The notes under the pieces are model-generated. The model saw nothing but the letters and a program-made list of their open reading frames with translations, ran no database searches and had not been told where the DNA came from. Shown piece after piece: positions 10,479 to 23,561 of a stretch of 64,000 nucleotides of DNA; position 1 is the stretch's first letter; every line of letters begins with the position of its first letter. The stretch comes from Lama guanicoe (lineage: Eukaryota). The stretch is from positions 7,975,214-8,039,213 of the forward strand of contig MU056000.1 of NCBI GenBank assembly GCA_013239625.1, written 5' to 3'. Made by a program: the position numbers and the translations under genes.

Positions 10479-11596
10479 GATTTTTTAAATGAGCAAAGAA
10501 GGTACACTTACTAGAGAGACTCAAAAGGGTTGGGTGCTGATGTACTACTGCCCCCTCTAGAAAGAATTCTCTGATTTTAGGGATGTTATGGGCCAAAGAA
10601 TCATGTGTGCTTTCAAAGAGCACTCTTTTAAAAGCAACTTTTAAAAGGCAGTTCTAATAAGCTTCAAGCCCTCATCAGGATGAACGCTGCGGCTTTGGTT
10701 CATGGAGGACCAACAGTGACCACCTGCAATCAGCATTCACAGGTGCCTGCCCGCTTTTATGGTATGACTGTTGCATCCCCTGTAGGTGCTAAGAATGAAC
10801 GATGGTTTGGGTCACCCAGGTGGGTGTGACTTCATCTCTTTTTTGAATCCATTCATTGTAATAAAAAGTAGGCTTTCATGAGTAAATTTAACACTTATAG
10901 AATAAGAAATCATGAGAAAATGCAATCCTTACAAACTATTACTTTTCACAATGTTTAATTGCTATATGGATTGAACCACGACCTTAACTAACAACAATTA
11001 ATCTCTCTGCTACTGTGCCACTCATGTTATAATATATCTTAGCCGGAGAACGTTTACTCACAGCTCAGGAGACCCAGGTTAAAACTCACTGCAATCCAGC
11101 ACTTCTTTCTCCTCAGATCTTTTTAAGATGAAAGTGATAAATCAAGGCCCTGGAGCCAACCTAACAAGGTCGCCTGACTTAATCTTCAATTGCTAGTCTT
11201 AAAATCCTCCAAAATGCTGCTACCTTAACAATTGTTAATTTTTTTTTCTGCAGCCCTTATACTTTACCATATTTATGTGAGGAATTCTGAGTAATTTTTA
11301 ACCAAGTTGCTTAATCCATTATTGAACTTTTAGAAAAATCCTGTGATTTTAATATGACACAGATATGGGTTTTGTTCCTCTCCTGTATTGGAATGGACAT
11401 AGCTTGCCCATGCATAGTGTACAAATAAAGAAACCTTTGATTTTGTCTATGGTATAAGGAGTGTTATTAACCTGAAGTGGTATATCAATTTCCCAGCCAC
11501 TGGAAACACAGGAGAAGAAAGAAAGAAAGAAGGGACTCAATAAATTTGAAATTCAAAATAAAGAGGTCATCTGAAAGACATATGTCTTAAACCTGA

Positions 11597-12075
11597 GATT
11601 GACCTACGGGATAATATAAACTGTGCCAGTCTATGTATAATAGGGGTCCCAGAAGGAGAAGAAAGAGAAAAGGGGATCAAATATGTATTTGAAGAAATCA
11701 AAAACTTCCCAAACCTAAAGAAGGAAACAGATATCCAGGTACAGGAAGCACAGACGGTCCCAAATAAGATGAATCCAAACAGATCTACCCCAAGACATAA
11801 TTAAAATGGCCAAAGTTAAAGATAAAGAGGAGATTGCAAAGACAGCAAGAGAAAAACAAAGAGTTAGTTACAAGAGAACCCTCATAAGGCTATCAGCTCA
11901 TTTCTCTGCAGAAACACTGCTAGCCAGAAGGGAGTGACAAGATACATTCAGAAGTCCTGAAAGAGAAAACTTGCAACCTAAGATACTCTATCCAGTAAGA
12001 CCATCATTTAGAACAGAGGTAGAAAGAATTTCTCATACAAGCAAAAACTAAAAGAACACAGCAATACCTTAAACC
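11597..12075 (+). mobile_element. L1 (or HAL1) ORF1 fragment, degraded
   Basis: ATAATAGGGGTCCCAGAAGGAGAAGAAAGAG (IIGVPEGEER), ATCCAGGTACAGGAAGCACAG (IQVQEAQ) and ATAAGGCTATCAGCT (IRLSA) motifs of L1 ORF1p, with frameshifts. Confidence 0.85.
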
Positions 12076-12704
12076 TTTGGATTTTCTAGAAAATAGAAAA
12101 TAAATTAAATCATATGTAATACATTCAGGATTGAGTCTTCTTTTTTTTTTTTTTTAATAAAATGAAGGGAAATTAACTCCTCAGAAGAAACTGTGGCGGC
12201 CATGCAGTGCTGGCTCCAGGCATCCATTCACCTCCTCTGATTACTATGGAATTGTTTTCCTTGTTCAATATGCTTGTAATAAAGTTTTCAGAACGGAGGC
12301 TATTAGGAACCTTCACCATAAAACTGTTCTTCTAACATGGAGGTGGTCAGTGTGCTGGCAGGTTCCCCCTGCTGCAGAGCAGGGCATGCTGGGCCTGAGC
12401 CCCACTCTCCTTCCTGTGCGTAATGTCCTTCTGGTACACTCTGGGCATCCTGCAGCACATTTGTATAATTTGATGGTGTAAAGGGCCAGTGCAGAGCTGT
12501 TAGCACTGGGGTTCCAACTGCAGGGCAGTGGACTGGTGGCTGCAGAGGTTACACTGGGGAGATCTCACTATTAACCTTCAGCAAGCAGGCACTGATGTGC
12601 TCTCAGCTGGAACTCTGCCTCTCTCCCTGACTCAACTGAGAATTGAGGTGGGTGACAGCGCAAAATAGAAGCTTGCTTCTTCTGTGCCACAAAGGTCTAT
12701 GGCC

Positions 12705-13172
12705 TGATGAAGACCCTGTCCTTGATTAAACTTTATTCAGGCTCCTCTGAGCCCTCTTCTCAACCAGGCCTTGAATTTGGCCCCTGTGCTTAGTGAGTCT
12801 AGTTTGGGCAAGAATCCTGCTAAGTCATTGTGGAGAGAACCCCTAACCTTGAAAACGGATCACTCTTGATATCTGATCCTCATCCCCAGCCACCCCACAG
12901 GTGACACCTGATCACACTGGCCGCCTTCAGCAAGAATCCCGTCAAGCCGATTTAGTGAGAAGACCCCCTCCCACCCCTAGAGGACCCCTCTTGGTAATTT
13001 CCCACCCACTGACCCCCCTCACTCTGTTCCTTGGCTACAAATACTGCTATTCCTTGTAAACAGAATGGTGCTCAGTTCTGTACTGGGGTCTCCTTTCCCC
13101 TATTGCAATAATTCCTGAGTAAGATCTGTTTTTGCCACTTTAACTGCCGTCCAGCTCTGGTTCTCTTTGACA
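12705..13172 (+). mobile_element. Solo ERV1 LTR (MER31-like) with 4-bp TSD
   Basis: TG...CA termini; GGCC at 12701-12704 and 13173-13176; AAACTTTATTCAGGCTCCTCTGAGCCCTCTTCTCAAC and GCAAGAATCCTGCTAAGTCA match the recalled MER31 consensus. Confidence 0.85.
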
Positions 13173-14409
13173 GGCCCCAGACTAAAAGCTTTCCTGAACA
13201 AGAACAGAGGAAGACCAAAGCTTACAGGTATACCTGACATCTGATTCTTACTACAGTGCTACCATATGCTAATTAACACATCCTCCCCCGCCCCCCACCA
13301 TATGTCCATCCTTTCTGTGCCCACCCACGGAATTAGGCAGGAATGCCTTCTATTTGGTGAGCAGTTCTGCAGTTACAGGCTTCACATGTCTGTATCCCCT
13401 GAACTTCACAACATTCCTTTGAAAAAGGACTTAACTATTCTCACTAGTATTTCCTTTTGCGTTTAATGCATGTGACAGAAGAAAAAAATTAAATTGGGCC
13501 TAAAAACACTGAGGTATAAAGTGGCAGTTGGTACATATGGATTAAACCAGAAGATATCATTTTAGAATTAGTTTGTAATGATTAGAATTAGAAAGCCACA
13601 TTATATGTAATAATTTTTTTAGTCTATGATTCTGTTATCAAATAAAACCTATATTGTTTCTACTGTTCCTCTCATATGTTTTCTCTGTTGCAATATATTC
13701 TTACAAGTGCCATTATTATTTAATTTGCGGGTGACTTGCACTGGCCATCCACAGATTTTGGAAAACATTGGAAATATTAGTACATTTAAGAACTTCAGGA
13801 AATATTGAAAAGTAGGGATCGAGAGCATTAGAGAAGAACACAGCTTACACCCTCTGTGCAATGTAAGCTCACAACCACTTTGGGTTTCGAAAGACAGTTT
13901 TTGAAGTGAAGTCACCGGTCTGATGGCCAGAGTCCATTCACTGTTAGAAGGGCCCTGACAGAGAAAAAGGCTCTCAGAATTCTAAACAAAACCTTGGCTT
14001 TGCAAATCAAACACAAGCCTGATTTAGAGAAGGTACCAAAACCACAGAACTTGGAGGAATACAGGTTAACATCAGGCCAGGAGGAGACCAGAACTCTTTC
14101 TGGAGCAGGTAGAAGAGTTCTAGAAAAGACTAGAGGAGGATACAAGAGGATATGGATGCTAGTGTGTGATGTTAGTCCATATTTTCTGCCCCATACATTT
14201 AGGGACCCAAAAGGAGAGGAATTTTCCCCTCTGCTCTCTAGAGAGTAGTAGACAGGTGGTCATTCTGCAAGGACCACGCGTGACAGCAGCAGAACTGGTA
14301 TCTCTGTGCAGAGAGGGCCTGAGATAAAGCCCCGTCCTCCTGCTCCATCCTTCTCCTCCCCTCCCTTCCCAGCCTGAGTCTTCAGTAGCTCCTCCCAGCC
14401 CTGGGGTCT

Positions 14410-14477
14410 TTCTTCTGTGTCACAAAGGTCTATGGTCTGATGAAGACCCTGTCCTTGATTAAACTTTATTCAGGCTC
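14410..14477 (+). repeat. 68-bp dispersed copy of 12677-12744
   Basis: 66 of 68 positions identical by direct comparison. Confidence 0.95.
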
Positions 14478-14689
14478 ACAGGAATGGCCACAGGAATGAA
14501 GAAGGCAGCTGGGAACTGAAAACCAGGGTACATTTCTGGGAGTAGGGTGAGGTGGGGGGTATCTGCACAAATGTGTTAAACACAACATGATTTTTAAAAT
14601 CTTTAAGAATACACACCACGATATAATTGTTAATATGATAGCACAGGTGGAAATACATAAATAATGACGCCACATCATAAAGGTAGAGG

Positions 14690-15820
14690 TAATATTACAA
14701 ATCAGAGGGGCAAAGATGCTGAAAAATAAGGGCTTTTCTAAAAATTGATATTGATATAAAAATGAAATAAAATTAGATCCCTACTTCACACCATATACAA
14801 GTTCAAGACACATTGGAGAACAAATCTGAAGGGTTAAATCTTGAATATTTTAATAAGAAAATAAAGGAGAATTTATTATGAACTTAGCAAAAGCGAGGAT
14901 TTCTTAAACAGACGTATGAAGAACAAAATTTGAATAGATTAAAATTTTAAAGCCAGAAAACCCCATTAAGGTAAGAGACATGTCACAGATTGGGGGAATA
15001 CATTAGAATCTAGAGAACATCACGAATGTATAAATATCTCCTACTTGTATTAATAATGGCTTTCATTTACTGAACCAAGCACATTTAGGTACTGTGTGTG
15101 TAGTAATTTGCTAAGAACTCACAACAACTCTAACAAGGTAGATAACTGTATTAGTCTCATTTTAAAGGTTAAAAGAAACTATAGATAATCAAGATTAAAT
15201 TTGTAGAAGATCGCACAACTAGAAAAGTGGGATCTGCACCCAGGTAACCTGGTTGCAGCACCATCACTCCCAGTCCAATAGTAAAGCGGTAAAGGGTATG
15301 AATAAGCAATTCTCAGACAACTAACAATTCTGAACATGCTAAACTTCAGGGATAACTGGGGAAATGCAAACTGAAACAACAAACCCATCAAACTGTCCAT
15401 GATTTAAAAGAATGATAACAGCAAGAGTTGGCACCTATGGGATGAAACAGGAACTGTCCTTAACTGATAGTAAGAACATCAACTGGAACAACCATTTCAG
15501 ACAACAAATAAAGGTAGCTCTTAAATCTGAAGATGCACATCCTTCTGGTCCAACAATTTCAGTGCCCCACATCTGTCCAAGGACACACATACAAGAACGC
15601 TATTTACTTGATAAACGTTCACCAAGAAGAGTGTGGAAACCATCTAACTACTTTCAGAGAACAGATAAATACATTGTGGTCTATGCATGTAAGGAACACT
15701 TTACAAAGCAGAAAAATGCATGAAATATGCGTATATACATCCATGTGGACAAATCTCAACAACAATGTTGAGTCATAAAAACAAGTTTCAGGTGGATCTA
15801 CATCTATACCCATATCTATA
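14690..15820 (+). mobile_element. Old L1 (L1ME/L1MC-like) fragments with a nested minus-strand MIR at ~15050-15280
   Basis: TTAGATCCCTACTTCACACCATATACAA, ACAGATAAATACATTGTGGT and ACATCCATGTGGACAAATCTCA are L1-like. Confidence 0.65.
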
Positions 15821-15829
15821 TCTATGCAG

Positions 15830-16237
15830 TATGAGGTTATTATAATTACTGTTATGTGTCAAAGTGGTACTCAGATATTTGGTTGGACACTATCCCAGAT
15901 GTTTCTGTGACAGTATTTTTGAGATGAGATTAACATTTAAATCAGAAGACTTGGAGTAAAGCAGACTGCTCTCCATAATGTGGGTGGGCCTCATCAAATC
16001 AGTCGAAGGCATGAATAGAAAAAGACTGACTTTCCAGGAAGGAGAGGGAATTCTGCCAGCAGACTGCCTTAGGATTCAAACCACAACTCTTCCCTGGGTC
16101 TCTAGCCTGATGACCTACCCTGCAGATTTTGGCCTTGCTCACACTTCACAATAGTATGAACCAATTCCTGAAATATATCTCTCTCTTTATCTATACACCC
16201 TGTTGGCTCTGTCTCTTTGGAGAGGCCTGACTCACAG
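15830..16237 (+). mobile_element. ERVL LTR (MLT2 family)
   Basis: GATGAGATTAACATTTAAATCAG...CTCCATAATGTGGGTGGGCCTCATCAAATCAGTCGAAGGC...TTGGCTCTGTCTCTTTGGAGAGG. Confidence 0.85.
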
Positions 16238-19119
16238 ATATGCTGATAATGTAAATATTGCAAACACACAATTTATGGAGGCAGTTTATGGACACATATA
16301 TGTGAATAACATCCCCGGAGCTGTCCAAGGTGGCGTCCTACTTACTTCTCAGTGTAGTGAAGAGTGGGCCATACACAACCTTCCTGTCACTGCAGAAGAT
16401 GGTTTAAAATCCACTTTAACATGCAAGAAGTACTGGGGGACAGACAGACAATTCTGAGAGTTGCATTTCAAGTGAGTTTCATTTTTCAGGAAAGTGAACA
16501 AGCCTCATTTTCTAGCATAAGAAGAAGACGACTTGATTTTCCTCAATTATCATTTAAATCACTGGACCAGCTCTAAAAACTCCACTGAAGTGTGATATCA
16601 GAATAAAAACTCCACATCAATCAGTTGATACAGTCAATGCAAATTATCCATTTTCCTAGGCTGTCGTTTTTATTTTTATTTTGTAACAGAAAATAATTTA
16701 TATCCTGATGCACATTATAATTTACAATGTGTTTTTTATTATGAATTAGAGAAAAATATGCTGTATTGGTTTCTGGACCATGTCAGATACCACTCAGGTA
16801 TGACACTTAAATAATTCAGCACATTCTAAGTTATTATGTTACTGGAGGCAGATTCATGGCTGCAGGTTATTTCTCTTTTGCATGAAATATTATGCCAATA
16901 TTTTAAGGTGATGTGATATGGGAACCACCTGCTGTATATTTAAAGTCCTATAAGATGAGAATTCCAAAAGAAACACACATACTAAATGACACTGATATAC
17001 TGAAAATCATCTACATTCATGTTCTTGCTTTTGTGTATAAACAGCTCATACTGTTTTCTAGTGTGCCTTCAAGAAAAAAAAACTGCTAATTAATTTTAAC
17101 ACCACGTCAATTATACTAATAAAATTCTAATTAAAATCCTTGTGATGTAAATCAGTCTTTCTTTGTGTGTGGTATGTGTGTACGTGTGTTATTATATGGG
17201 CTGTCAGTCATCAGACACATACTAACTTTAAGATAACCTATACGGTGGTCTTGGCTGTATACAGATCTTTTGACATACCTAGTTCTGTCTGCCATAAGCA
17301 TTGGGCAAATTAGCAGTGATAGCCTAATATTTAAGATACCATGGAGGTAAAGTCATAGATGCACTTTATGGAAATGAAACATCCCCGAAGGCAGAGAGGA
17401 ACTGAGGGCCAAGAACTAGCTTTGTTAAAAGAATAAGCAACAGTGGATAGGGCAATCTGGACATTATCACATTTCAGGTTGATTCGGTACAATGAAAAAT
17501 GTCTAAAACTATAGCAACTTCTATTCTGTAAGATATAAGGGCTCCTGGGGGGGTGTCTAAGATAGTGTAGCTTCAGACACTGCTAAAGGCAGACACTCCA
17601 GCAAAGCAAGTATGTCCATTTCAGTTCCTACTGCTGGCCTAGCCCAGCGCTAGGTTCTGGGGACACCACTGAACAAAGCAGAGACTCTGCTTTAAATCAG
17701 TATGCCTGCCTGTCAGGGACAGGAGCAGTGAGCCAGAAAGAGTACCGCAGAGTGTGTTGGGCTATACAGGGCACCTCATCCAGGCTGCGAACCAAGGAGG
17801 GCTTCCTGGAAGAGATGGCATTTGAGCACAGTTCTAAACAGGGGGCAAGAAGACATTTAACATAGGGAGCAGCACTGTCTAAACGCTCCTATGTGAGAGA
17901 AAGCAGGTTTACAGGGGTAGGGGGAGTGACATCCACTGTCTGTGGGAGGAGCTTAGCACAGTGGTAAAGGGTCATTAATAAAAGAGAAGGCTGGAAAGAG
18001 AAACAGGAATGAGATCATGACTGAGCTTGATGAACACCAAGAAGGGATTTATATTGCAAATTCTCCTCTTTTATTTGCAAGTGAATTTGCAACACAGCAA
18101 TGGCTCTTGGGTGGCAGAAGAGTAACACTCGGTTTCAAGGTTCTTAAGTTGTCACCCTCATGGTGTAGGAAGAGGGACTGGTGCTTCCAAAAAGCAAACA
18201 CTTATTTTGATGACCAGGAGTTCCGGTGGATGGCAGGAGTGCTTATTTTTACATCCATAACTGAAATCAGCTCAAGATATCTTCTTGTCATGAGCCCCAG
18301 GAGACACAAAGGCTAATTAGGGCAATGAACCCCCCCCACCGCGTCTCCATTACGCATGTGCAGCTAAGTCAATCAATCTATGCCTAAAAAAGTGTGTTCT
18401 GCAAAACCACACCTAGCGCAGATTTGCTTACAAATCTGAAAGGTCTATAACTAGGATTTTGTCACTTCTAAATCCCACTGAGGTTAGAAGAAAATGCTGA
18501 AATCGAATCAAAGCAGAGGCAGACTCCAAGGCACTAAATCTTCTCTACGTTTTATGGAAACACTTGTGTTTGGATCCTCATGTCATAAGCAGACCAGCCC
18601 GATGTACGTGTGCTCCAGGAAAGCTCATCTGAACACGAGCCTCTTCTCCATGAGGGACCAGAGTTCTCGGTGATTTATCCTTCCTGTTGTCAGCATCCGT
18701 AATCCCCAGGATGCCTCTACTACTGGATTCCTGAAGCGATGAGAGGCTGGGGATGGAAATGAACCTGCATGTTCAACATTCTTCCAAGAGACGTAAATAA
18801 TTCATGTGAGACAGCAAGAATGCTTCTTTTGGGTAGAAAACCAGTAACTTTCACTTGTAAATTCAGAGGTTTTTTAATGCTACAAAATGTGGACACTCAA
18901 GGGAGTATCCGATAAATTTGTCCAATCAAAGAACAGGTCAGAAAGGTTGCCAAATAAAATCTGTGCTGGTGGCGGGGTGGGACCGTGGGAGGAGCAGGCG
19001 GCAGCAGGACTCAGGATCCTGGAGCCCATTCCTGCCTTTGTTATTTCTCGAGATGGACGGTGCCCAAGTCCAAGTGGAGTGCCACACGGGGCAGAGAGGA
19101 AGCTTCTTGGCGCCTCCTG

Positions 19120-19548
19120 GCCCACCTCTAATTGCAGCCACCACTGCAGGGGACGTTCCCCTGGGAGCTCAGGTGACACAGGTGTATCTGCCATGGTCTT
19201 GTAGCTTCCTGCCTGGAACCTTCCCCAAACCACGCCAGACCACTTGGCACTAAGTAGGCGCAGCCCAGAAGTGCAGGGCAGTTAACGCCCCCAGACAGCC
19301 CGAAACCACTGGAACCTGGAGGGGGCACAGTCCACCTCCCTGGACCACTAGGCAAAGCATTCTGCTTGTTTCCTAGAATTCAGCTCCTCACTCAGCGCCC
19401 TCGATGGAAGGGACCCTGATGTCAACCCTTAATATTTTTCCCTCCTTCCTGCCTCAACTCTCCCACTTTTTGGAATCACTTCCTAAACGCACAGCCTGCA
19501 CCCACGCCTTTGTCTCAGGTGCGGCTTTCAGGGGTCCCAACTTAGTCC
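19120..19548 (+). mobile_element. ERVL LTR (LTR16-like)
   Basis: 3' end GGAATCACTTCCTAAAC...CCTGCACCCACGCCTTTGTCTCAGG...GGGGTCCCAACTTAG resembles the LTR16 terminus. Confidence 0.6.
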
Positions 19549-20534
19549 AGAGCTAGAGACGAGAGATCACTAGGGCCGGTGGGAATGACCGGGTTGCATG
19601 GGGAAAGCAGGGTGGTCAGAGGAGAGAAGGCAGGACAAGCCCGGCCGAGGAAGCAGCCTGGGGGGAGGCTGGCGGTGGGGAGGTGAGCAGCGGGCCTGGG
19701 CGGTGACGAGAGGCCGAGAGGCCCACCTGAAGGTGGTCAAGATCCACCATGGCCTGAGCATCAGCCTGCAATCCTGAGACCCCCACTGTTTCCCAAGCAG
19801 CTGAGCGGTCGGCTGATCTCACGTCCCCTGGGACACTGGCCCAGCCCACCATTTGTTTTCCATTTTTTTCCTTGCACTCTATGCCAAGAAATATATTGTA
19901 CTTGGCAGCTAAAGCTTATGCACATGTTCACACACATATACACACACATTCACATTTATTACATATGTACTGAGTATGCAAATAAGCACAAAGGCCATAA
20001 AGCTTTATTCTTAGTACAGGTGATGCAATCTGACCTCTTTCACTGTGTCATGGCTTCTTTCTCTCTCTCTGTTTCTCCTTTTACAAACTTGATTTCATAA
20101 TCCCTACTAACAGGTTGCAACCTGCAGTTCAAAAATCACTCATCTAGACCAGCCTTCCTAGAAAGTTGAAGAAAACATCCTTCCTCTCGACACGATGCCA
20201 GGGGTCACCAGGGGTCCACGACAGGAATGAAATGTGTCTTGTCTCTTAAACTTTCACTCAGATGCTCCTTGGGGCCCATATCCTGACCTCAGGCTCTGAT
20301 GCCATTTCCCAGAGAAAGAGTAACTATTTGGCAGCACGATGAAAACATGCCACACTTTCCGATTAGACTGCATGTGGCATCTTCTCTTACCAAGTTGAAT
20401 TTAGTCAAAAGAACACCAGTTGAGCATGGGGAAAGTTACCTACTCCCAGCAGAGCACCTTCTCACTCGCAAACAGCGCTCAGCATGACGAGTACAGACAT
20501 CCTCCTGCAGGTCAAGTTCCGCACTCTGCATTCT

Positions 20535-20960
20535 TTCGCGTTGAGCAGAATCCTTTGGTTGCAAGTGACAACAATACCAAGAGGAGGAACCAACAAGCGA
20601 GCAAAGGAGAGCGGCTCCCCAGGCCTGGGAGCTTGTCTGCCGGCTTCGGGAAGCTCCAGGAGGGCCAGCTCCGAAGGAGCCTCGGGGGCCCTCTCTCCTG
20701 GGTCCCCATCACCGCTTCTCTCCACATGCTGGCCCTGATCTCTTCCAAGGACTGCCTTGGCCCCGGCTCCTCACGCTTCACCACCAGAGATAAACATAAA
20801 TGCACATCATCCTTTTTGGTCCCAAGTCTAAAACTTCTAGGAAAGGGCTCTCACAAGCTCTGCCTGGGCAAGGAGCTGAATCCTAGAGCAGTCAGTCCCT
20901 GTCAGCAGAAGGAGGGACACTGTCACTGGTCACTGCTGGAAAAACCACCGTCCTCCTGCA
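20535..20960 (-). mobile_element. Old MaLR LTR (MLT1J-N-like)
   Basis: Begins with CAGAATCCTTTGGTTGCAAGTGACAACAA, typical of old MLT1 ends. Confidence 0.55.
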
Positions 20961-22913
20961 GCCTCGGATAACGGCTGCTCCCCTGGTAACCACATGGATA
21001 GAACACAGACAAACACATTTTCCAGAAGAGAAGCAGCTGCTGTTCTGGACACAGATACTGATGGATGTCTACTGCACACTCCTGGAGAGCATCTCCATTT
21101 TTACATAGTCTTACGGTATTCATTTGTACCAACTTTCCCCTACTCGTGGGCAAAGATCCACTCTCTTACTACAGAAGTCTAAGCCATTTAAACCAGCATC
21201 CTGTCTCAAAATAGCTCTATGAGAACACAGCAGGCTTTTAATGTTGTTTAGAACCACCTGTGAGGGATGTAAGAGGCTGCTCTTGCCCCCAAAAAAGAGC
21301 GCCACTAACCACACATGACTGAGGCCTCCTTCTCAGCACTGGGGATTTGCTGCTCACATCATCAACAAAAGGGCATTTTGCACACACCTTTGGTTTCAAC
21401 AGCAAAGGTGACTGCTTATCTTTGACCATTTGTATTTCCACTACGTCTTTATTCCTTCAAATAATGACCACTTTTATACTGAGAGCTACATTTTAACCAT
21501 ATATGAATGACCTCATTCAAATAAACACCCCCAATTTCATGGCGTCAGATGAACACAGGGTCCTGAATGAAACCATAATTGACCTTCAGAGAGGGCTTTT
21601 TAAAAACTATAAAAGGACCACATGAAAGGAAAAGCTTCCCTGAGAACATCTGTTCTACCCATTATCGGTCCTGCCATGGGATCTCCGAAGTCGACCCTCG
21701 TGCTCAGATCCCTCTCGTATGTCACAGGACGGAAATCAACACCCGAGTCAAAGAGCTTTACAGGTTTAACCAAAAGTAACCTCAGCTGTTTCTTTAACTT
21801 AATAGAGTCAAGTAGGATGTGCTGGGCCCCTGATAAGGGACACTTGATGGCAACCAGTTCTGTGAGCTTTAATTGCACTGTTGATGTTAGCAGAGTCCCA
21901 GGGAATTAGCATTTTGTCTGCATTAGGGTCTTGACAGATGAAGTTAAGCTACTGGGGAGACAGAAACTGGAGACACGCAGAGATGCTAAGATAAAGGCGT
22001 CAAGTATTAACCGTCCTCAGGGAAGGGCGTGTTCACTGGCTGCTGGTCGGGGGCCTTCCTGACATCACTAGGTCACGCTTCTGGCCCAGGCTCACCTCCG
22101 AGCGGGATGCCTCCACCAAAGGCAAGGCGTCCAATCCTGAGAGCGACTTCTTCCCACAGACCCAGTCCTCTCTGAATTTCCCTCCTTCAGTTATTTTTCA
22201 GCAATGCCAGGGCTTCTCATTACCCCGGGCAAGAAAGTTTAGAGTGAATTCTGATCGCCTGCTCACCATTTACGCTCAGTCTCCAAATACCAACGTGATT
22301 TCCTCCACGAGTTTCCTCCTATTCATTGGTCCCAAGTGTTAGCCCTTTCCTGGGGATGAACTGAATCATCCTTTGAGTTCACTGGGCCAGTGTCCACCAC
22401 TTCCAATCCAGTCCACAATTACTTCCTGATCAGCCTTCCTAAAATACAGTCTTGTACATGCCAGTTTCCTGCTTAAAGCCCTCAACACTTTCCCATTGCC
22501 TTTAGGGGAAAAAAAAAAATTAAACTTAAAGGAAAAAAAAAAGTCAGGTCCTTCTCTACTTAGAGGCTCCAACCTCTCTCCAGATAAATCTCCAGGATTT
22601 CCCTGTGGCTGCTGTCGCATTAGTCTATGCAGTTTTCTTCGAACATGTCTCTAGTTTTATGACTTCTCGGTTTCCCCAATCTTCCAAATACCTGATAACC
22701 TGGAACAAAAATTACCAGAACGCCTGGTACCAAGTACAAAACAGGCAGTTGGGAATTCTGTCTGTGGAATGAATGAAGGCATACGTATGTAACATACAGA
22801 CACAACTATTTTCCGAGGGCTGGCGAAAGTGTGTCTTAATCCCATGTTCTCTACAGGACTGCAGTTACAAGTTTTACTTGCTACACCAACCAGATATACA
22901 GAATTTTCCTAAA

Positions 22914-22914
<1 letters not shown>

Positions 22915-22954
<40 letters not shown>
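22915..22954 (+). repeat. (CA)20 microsatellite
   Basis: Direct read. Confidence 0.98.
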
Positions 22955-22956
<2 letters not shown>

Positions 22957-23156
22957 CACACCCCTGATCCATCCACTCCTCTCTTTCGAGTCTCCATCTC
23001 CGTTCATGGCCGGGATGTCTCAATCCAGTCGTCAAAACTAGAACCTTACAGCTGTCCTCAGTTCCAACTTCTGCTCAAATTGAAGAGTTACCCACATTGC
23101 AATATGACAACAGAACAGCAATCACAAAGCCTTCCAGTTAGCAACAGTTTACTAAC

Positions 23157-23561
23157 TGTTACGTGTTGAGCTGTATCTCCCCCAAATTGACATGTTAAAG
23201 TCCTGACCCCCCGATACTTCAGAATGTGTCTTTATTCAGGTCACTGTAGACACAGCTAAGATGAAGTCACCCTGGAGAAGGGTGGGCCCCTTATCCAGTA
23301 TGACCAGTTGGCGTTCCTATAACAAGCGATCTTTTGGGCACTGACGTGCACCCAGGGAGAGCACGGTGTTCAGTGTGGAGCTCCCTGAAGCTACTCGAGA
23401 CCCCTGCAACAGATCCTCCCTTAGCGTGTTCAGAAGGAGTGCGACTCTGCCAACGGCCTGATCTCAGACTTCCAGCTTCCAGAACCGAGACAGTGAATTT
23501 CTATAGTTTAAGCCCATCAGTGTGTGGCACTTTGCTTTGGCAGCCCCCATAAACTAACACA
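23157..23561 (+). mobile_element. MaLR LTR (MLT1 family)
   Basis: ATGTTAAAGTCCTGACCCCC...CTCAGACTTCCAGCTTCCAGAACCGAGAC...GGCAGCCCCCATAAACTAACACA. Confidence 0.85.

Noticed and set aside
16491..16607. Acceptor, short frame and AATAAA resembling a last exon
   Set aside because: No upstream partner exon and an unrecognised peptide; such combinations are common in AT-rich DNA.
20420..20971. 183-aa ORF
   Set aside because: TTG start, overlaps an old MLT1-like LTR, has no recognisable domain, and several frames are open because of GC content.
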